A stretch of DNA of 64,000 nucleotides from Neoechinorhynchus agilis (taxonomy: Eukaryota; Animalia; Acanthocephala). Shown one piece after another: positions 58,772-64,000 of the stretch. Within the stretch, counting starts at the first letter, position 1, and each line of letters starts with the position of its first letter. Position numbers and translations under genes: made by a program. Under the pieces are notes generated by a model. The model saw only the letters and a program-made list of their open reading frames with translations. It made no database searches and was not told the origin of the DNA. The DNA lies in assembly GCA_051530055.1 (NCBI GenBank), contig CM121342.1, forward strand, positions 716,797 to 780,796. Direction: 5' to 3'.

Positions 58772-61700
58772 CTTACATAAGACCAAATGTTCAACCATAG
58801 AACGGCTTCAAAGAAACAGAGACCATCTCTTGTTCAAGTGTGAATCGTGTGGCATTGAAATACACATCAAATAGATATTTTTGATCAGGGAAGTGATTGA
58901 ATCACTTAGACTATGAAACATACGGTTATGAGTTTGTACGTTCCTCCATATCCACTAATTCTGTAGTTGTGTCGACGTGGTCTAGTGAACTTGAGCCCTG
59001 AATCCCTGTTTAAGTGGGTCAAAGAGTTCATATTTTAAGATTGCATTATTCGTGTTTGTATCTTGCGTAAAATTTATAAGAATTTATTGATTCTTATATT
59101 TCGAAACAGCCTTGTGCCTTTATCAATATTGTTTTGCAGGTTTGTTGCGTCGGAGTTCAGAATCTATTATCGCCGATGACTCGTAACGAAAGGGGACGAA
59201 ATACCGCTGAAAGGAATAAAGTCACTGATGAGTTCCGCTTCTTCGGGAAATGTCTGAGGTTGTGAAAGGATATACAAACTCGTAACCGTATACATCAGAG
59301 TCTAAGTGATTCAATCACTTCTTTTGCCCAGATCGGTGGGATTTGTGCCCAACAAGGAGAAACCCGAGAAAAGGAATGTTCTAACACTTAATTTTAGCTT
59401 TGTTAATTAGTATTAGATGATAAAAATATTGCTTAATACGTTGACCTTTTAAAACTGTCGAAGTAGATAAACTTGCAACGATCTAGGCGAATTGTGTGCG
59501 ATCCATATTCACATTGAAGCGGTTGTTTTGCTGTAGTGTAAAAAAATTGAGTTTGATAAGTAATAAGTTAAAAGCGCTGCGCGCCAATGAAAATGCGCAA
59601 GTTTTCTAATAAAATTAATTAGAAGACTAGCGATGAGACCAAAATTACAGTGTAATCGATGACTTCGCATAAAGACGGTGATTTCCCGATAATTTATTCA
59701 CTGGAATATCCTGTTCGAAACTAGTTTATTACCTAATATGAATGCAAAATTCAATACGTCAAAAAGTTGATTCTCGTAACGCATAATTTATTGCGGTCTG
59801 GAATTTTACTTAGATAGAAATTTAGACAAGTATTTTAAGTGTTTCTCAAATACTTTCATCTTTATCATTTTTGGTGCATAAAAACAAGCATTTATTTCAC
59901 TTGTTTTATTATGTTTCTCTAAAAAATGTACACAATTCAAAGTGTGACATCTTCTCGTCAAGTTTCTCTTTTAGGATTCATCGATTCTAAATTTATTTGC
60001 ATGCCTTTTGAAATTACCGTTTGAATAAAAATGAAAAAGCATATAAAACCTAGAATGCAAAATCAGATTAATAATGTTTTAAATCGAGTTGAAATTTTTG
60101 CGGTTTATTTTTGCTTAAAACTCATCGTTGCTGTTTAACACTTCTCACATTCTTAATAATTTCACATCCTAACCTTCAAAAATGCTTTATGATGAGATTA
60201 TCTTTACGGAATATCGTTTGTGCATTTCCTAATCCTCAACCATCCTCTTCAGCTTTAATTTCTTTTATCTGTGAAGATCGCTTTCTTTGCAAGGTTGGAC
60301 TTAGGTTTGGCCTAAGCACAGAAGTTTTAAAAAATTTATAACAAAGAAACCAAGAAATGACTTTAATAAAAAAACACGATATGTAAATGGTATCAAAAGG
60401 TTATAAAAATAAACAGTAGTTGAAAAATATTTTAAGAATAGAAAGAAAGACGAAAAATATACTAAGATTAAATTGTTTAAATGATGATTTTACAATTTGC
60501 CTATGCACTAACAAATGATGTTGGTATTCTCCCGTAAAGAATTCTACTCTTTTTTGGCCTTTTCAGATTGCTGAACTCGATGGACATCATACAAATTCGA
60601 TTAAATCTATCTTAAAAATCCAAATCGAGATCGGTGTGTACTACGTGCAGGGTGGAGACTTAGCGTCAGCAAGTGTCTTACAATTTCTCTATGGCATCTT
60701 CTTGCTTACGAATTCGAGCTTGCGCCGTCTTTTTAAAGGCAGAACTTTTCCATTCTCCTGGAATTTATAATATTTTGTCTTATTGAGAAATGAGTAGCTG
60801 ATGAAAATTTACACATTTTCTTTCTAATTTTTGGATAATTATTTTATTATTGACTCCCTTTTTCATCCTCAATAATCTTTAACTATCCAAACAATTATTT
60901 TTGAAAATGAATTGACGTGTTCTCTAATGCGTGACGGTATTGATCAAAGCTAGGAAATATTCGATAATGAGCAACGCGGGAGTTATTAAGGTGCGCAAAA
61001 CATAGTTTTATCGATTGTCACGCTATCTAAAGCTTTAGTGAATTGAAAGCAAGAACACCTATGGGTTAAGCTTTTTTACAGATTTCAATAGACCGACAAT
61101 TACAAGTCCAGAAAATTGTCGAGGATTCCTTTCCTGAAAATAATAATATTTTGACATTAAGATATTGTAAATGAAAGTATTTCATATGAGAAGGGTACTT
61201 TTTATTTCTTTTATTGTATTCGGGCGAATGAAATTATTAACTGTCCTGGCGCAACTTTACTCTTAACGTCCCCGCGATATTAATGGGTTTATTGTAAATT
61301 ATCGGCAACTACAATGGCAACCCTCTGATTTAAAGGTGAACGTCGAGATAATAAATTTCACTTAGGATTCGGGGAAAGGAAAATATTAAAAGTCATCGAA
61401 CTATTGAGTTACGTGAATTACTGACATTAGTCAATTTATCATAATGGATATTAAGGGTAATTTTACGACAAACTCCTTAATAAGTTTTTTCGTATTTAAT
61501 GTCTTAATTCTCGTTTTTCGGAGAGACACAACTATGACTTGGTATGATGAAATTTTTGGCGAACGGTTGCTCAGAAAATACACCTGCAAACGTGTAACTA
61601 ATCATTTACTTTGTCAATATGTACAATGATGTAGATTAGCAATGTTCATCGATTGATTTCACGGACAGCTCCAACTCTAGCAAACGGTAGAACCTTTGCT

Positions 61701-62138
61701 TATTCCAAGGTATTGTTCATTTTTACTATCGAAAAATATTTGTTGAGACTGTGAAAGTAATTCTAAATCTATGGAAAATAACTGCATAAAATGAAAGATA
61801 AAAACAGAGTAAACGATAACGTCTAAATTGTTAAACCGAGATAAAATGATATTTTCCTTCTTGTACTTCTCGTTCACCTGAAAATTATTCCAAGAGGTAG
61901 TTAAAAGGGATTAAAAAAATTTACTTACAGTGCTCATGGGAAACTTCCTCTTTACATACTAAAATTATTAACATTAGTAATTAAGTGCAAAAAGAAATTT
62001 GAGCATAGCTTCGAAATTAAAAGAAAATTGAATCTTCGACTAATTTATTTAAATTTGAAGTTTTCAATTCACACCATGCACAAACAATAGAATTTAAAAA
62101 TTCGCGGAACTTCACAGTTAACCGTGCTTTCATTTTAG

Positions 62139-62795
62139 ATGAACGCAGCATTAAAAAAACCAAGGAAAAGATCCCGTAGAATATCCCCAAAGCCAAGTTT
62201 TGGTCACTATGCAATGTCCAAGCTTCAAGAAGTGCACAATCATGATTCGAACCTCCAATTTTCAGAAATTCACCAGAAACTTTATTCTACATGGAAAGAT
62301 TTGCCTGGCGAAGAAAAGGACAAATTTATTGCAAGTGAAGCATTAAATCCGAAGTATCAAACAAAAATGACGATAATTACAGAATATGTCGAGAAGATAA
62401 ATTTTCCAAGAGCAAAGGTCGCTCCTCTGATGCCCAATTTTATTAATGTTTTCAGTGAAAGTTTTGTAAAAACGGACCATGAGCGAGAGGAGCAGTTTCG
62501 CAAGTTGAAATCCTCGGTTCGACAAGTGAACAAGAAAATCGTTATTGTGCAATCAGATATTGAGGTTGCGCTAAACGTTTTGCATAGAATTGAACGCCTT
62601 TGTCCGCAGAGGGAAAGCGAGTTGTTGAGTGCTTGCAGTGCTCAAATTACAACTCATTTGAAGAAGTACGTGAAACGGTTTCCAGTCTCAAATCCGAATG
62701 CTTTGCGTAATCGGATCAGGAAAATGAAATTGAGCGATGAACAAAAAACCGAGCTACGAAATGTTGTTAATACAGCCCTCAAGTGTGCAAATTGA
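62139..62795 (+). CDS. HMG-box-like protein (218 aa; may be an internal or last exon)
   Basis: PKPSFGHYAMSKLQEV...NLQFSEIHQKLYSTWKDLPGEEKDKF follows the HMG-box pattern (F..Y, SEI...W..L...EK..F/Y). Confidence 0.6.
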   Translation: MNAALKKPRKRSRRISPKPSFGHYAMSKLQEVHNHDSNLQFSEIHQKLYSTWKDLPGEEKDKFIASEALNPKYQTKMTIITEYVEKINFPRAKVAPLMPNFINVFSESFVKTDHEREEQFRKLKSSVRQVNKKIVIVQSDIEVALNVLHRIERLCPQRESELLSACSAQITTHLKKYVKRFPVSNPNALRNRIRKMKLSDEQKTELRNVVNTALKCAN

Positions 62796-63869
62796 TTGAT
62801 TTTGACGAAGTGATAAAATATCTTACTTTACATTTTTCAAAATTTCTTATGTTCGTATGTTTAAAAATGAGCGGAATACATACACTCGCCAATACTTTAC
62901 TCTTGCCCAGGTCAATCAAAAAAACTATTTAATCGCACCATTCAACGTGTTTTATAACCAACTTCCTACAACCGTTTAGGTTGCTTTTACCTCTAGACGA
63001 AATCGACTACCTGGTTGTTGCAATGAGCGTAAAATGCCAATACTTTGCCTTAGCCGTTTTAGCTTTTCCGTCGCATTTGTGGGTCCTACGATATTTCGAA
63101 AATTTGCAGAAAGTTTTTCTGTAGGACGTCTAACGAAATATAGAACTAAAATCACATTAACGCGAAGTAGAGAGCTTTTCTCATTGCAGTTCAAAGCAAA
63201 AAATATCGGTGAATAACGAATGCCCAATGAAGATCAAAACAACTTTTTTGCGCCCATGAAATTAATTAAAAAAAGCGTAGAGGTCAATTTTTGATTATTG
63301 TCGAAGATTACTTTGAGAGCCGACCTTATTTAAAACATGCTTTCTGCTGCATTGTTATTTAGGTAGAAACTCGCCCGTTATACACATTTAAAAGAAAATA
63401 TAACTTGAACCAAGTTAAAGAGTTATCACCTTTCTTAGATCAGCCTGACCTTCTTTTATAAATTTAAATTTTATAAAAGATTTGGTGTCTTTGACGTTCT
63501 CAGACATAAAAAAGGATAACTTGTCGACATAAAAAATTTAACGAAAATCGAAATGTTTCCCTGAAGAGATTCTTACTGTCGATCAAAAACTAATTTCTAC
63601 ATCAATAACTCACGCTTCTTAGATTCTAAACTCGAAAAACTCAAAGTTTTTAATGTTCGATTGCCTGAAATATGAGATGTTCGACCTTTTCTGCCGTATA
63701 AAGAACATTTAACCGTGAATAATGGAATTAAGACATTTTCAAAGAAAAACGATATATTTATACGTGTCGGAAATTTAATACAAATTAATCCTTGCGCTAT
63801 CAAATTGCAACTAAAAGTGAGTAATAAATTTTTTTTAGGCAGTATTGTTTTCTATTTGGTTACTTTTCT

Positions 63870-64000
63870 TTACATTCACCACCTCCCACTAAATTCCAGC
63901 TTTTGTCCTTCCTCGACCGTCGCCATCACGCTGGCAGCATTGCCCCGTTGTACTGCCAGCGAGATATTTTGTCGAAGAAATAAGCCTGCTCTTGAGTCTC
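63870..64000 (-). mobile_element. 3' end of a CRE-like element running off the window
   Basis: FLRQNISLAVQRGNAASVMAT. Confidence 0.75.

Larger units (their letters stand above)
57309..63818. repeat. Large inverted repeat: arms 57309-58771 and 62122-63818, ~3.35-kb spacer
   Basis: The right arm is the reverse complement of the left. The left arm lacks ~230 nt (62257-62486). Confidence 0.92.

Noticed and set aside
1-64000. CRISPR arrays or prokaryotic systems
   Set aside because: No regularly interspaced repeats; spliceosomal introns and eukaryote-specific genes throughout.

Overview
Eukaryotic nuclear DNA from a compact, AT-rich genome, most likely an animal, with ~45-55 nt GT-AG introns. 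Host genes recognised: CDC73, an RBX/APC11-type RING-H2 protein, a Cys-type GPX7-like peroxidase, STX7/12, VPS28, EMC7, an FPPS-like prenyltransferase, a GLUT/SLC2A transporter, an HMG-box-like gene, two tRNA-Cys copies and an isolated 1.1-kb 28S rRNA fragment. These are interspersed with Penelope-like, CRE-like and RTE retroelement remnants, and a ~2-kb segment is duplicated both directly and invertedly. Most notable: (1) a 7.8-kb non-LTR retroelement made of two diverged, UTR-less gag+APE-RT modules head-to-tail, each opening with an identical 26-nt hairpin; (2) ~250-300 bp TSD-flanked palindromic elements that encode a minimal hammerhead ribozyme on both strands; (3) a repeat family whose hammerhead strands occur in a non-circularly permuted order; (4) an FPPS-like gene whose homology-predicted introns both end in AC and whose chain-length residues are non-aromatic. 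All alignments were made by eye; no searches were run.
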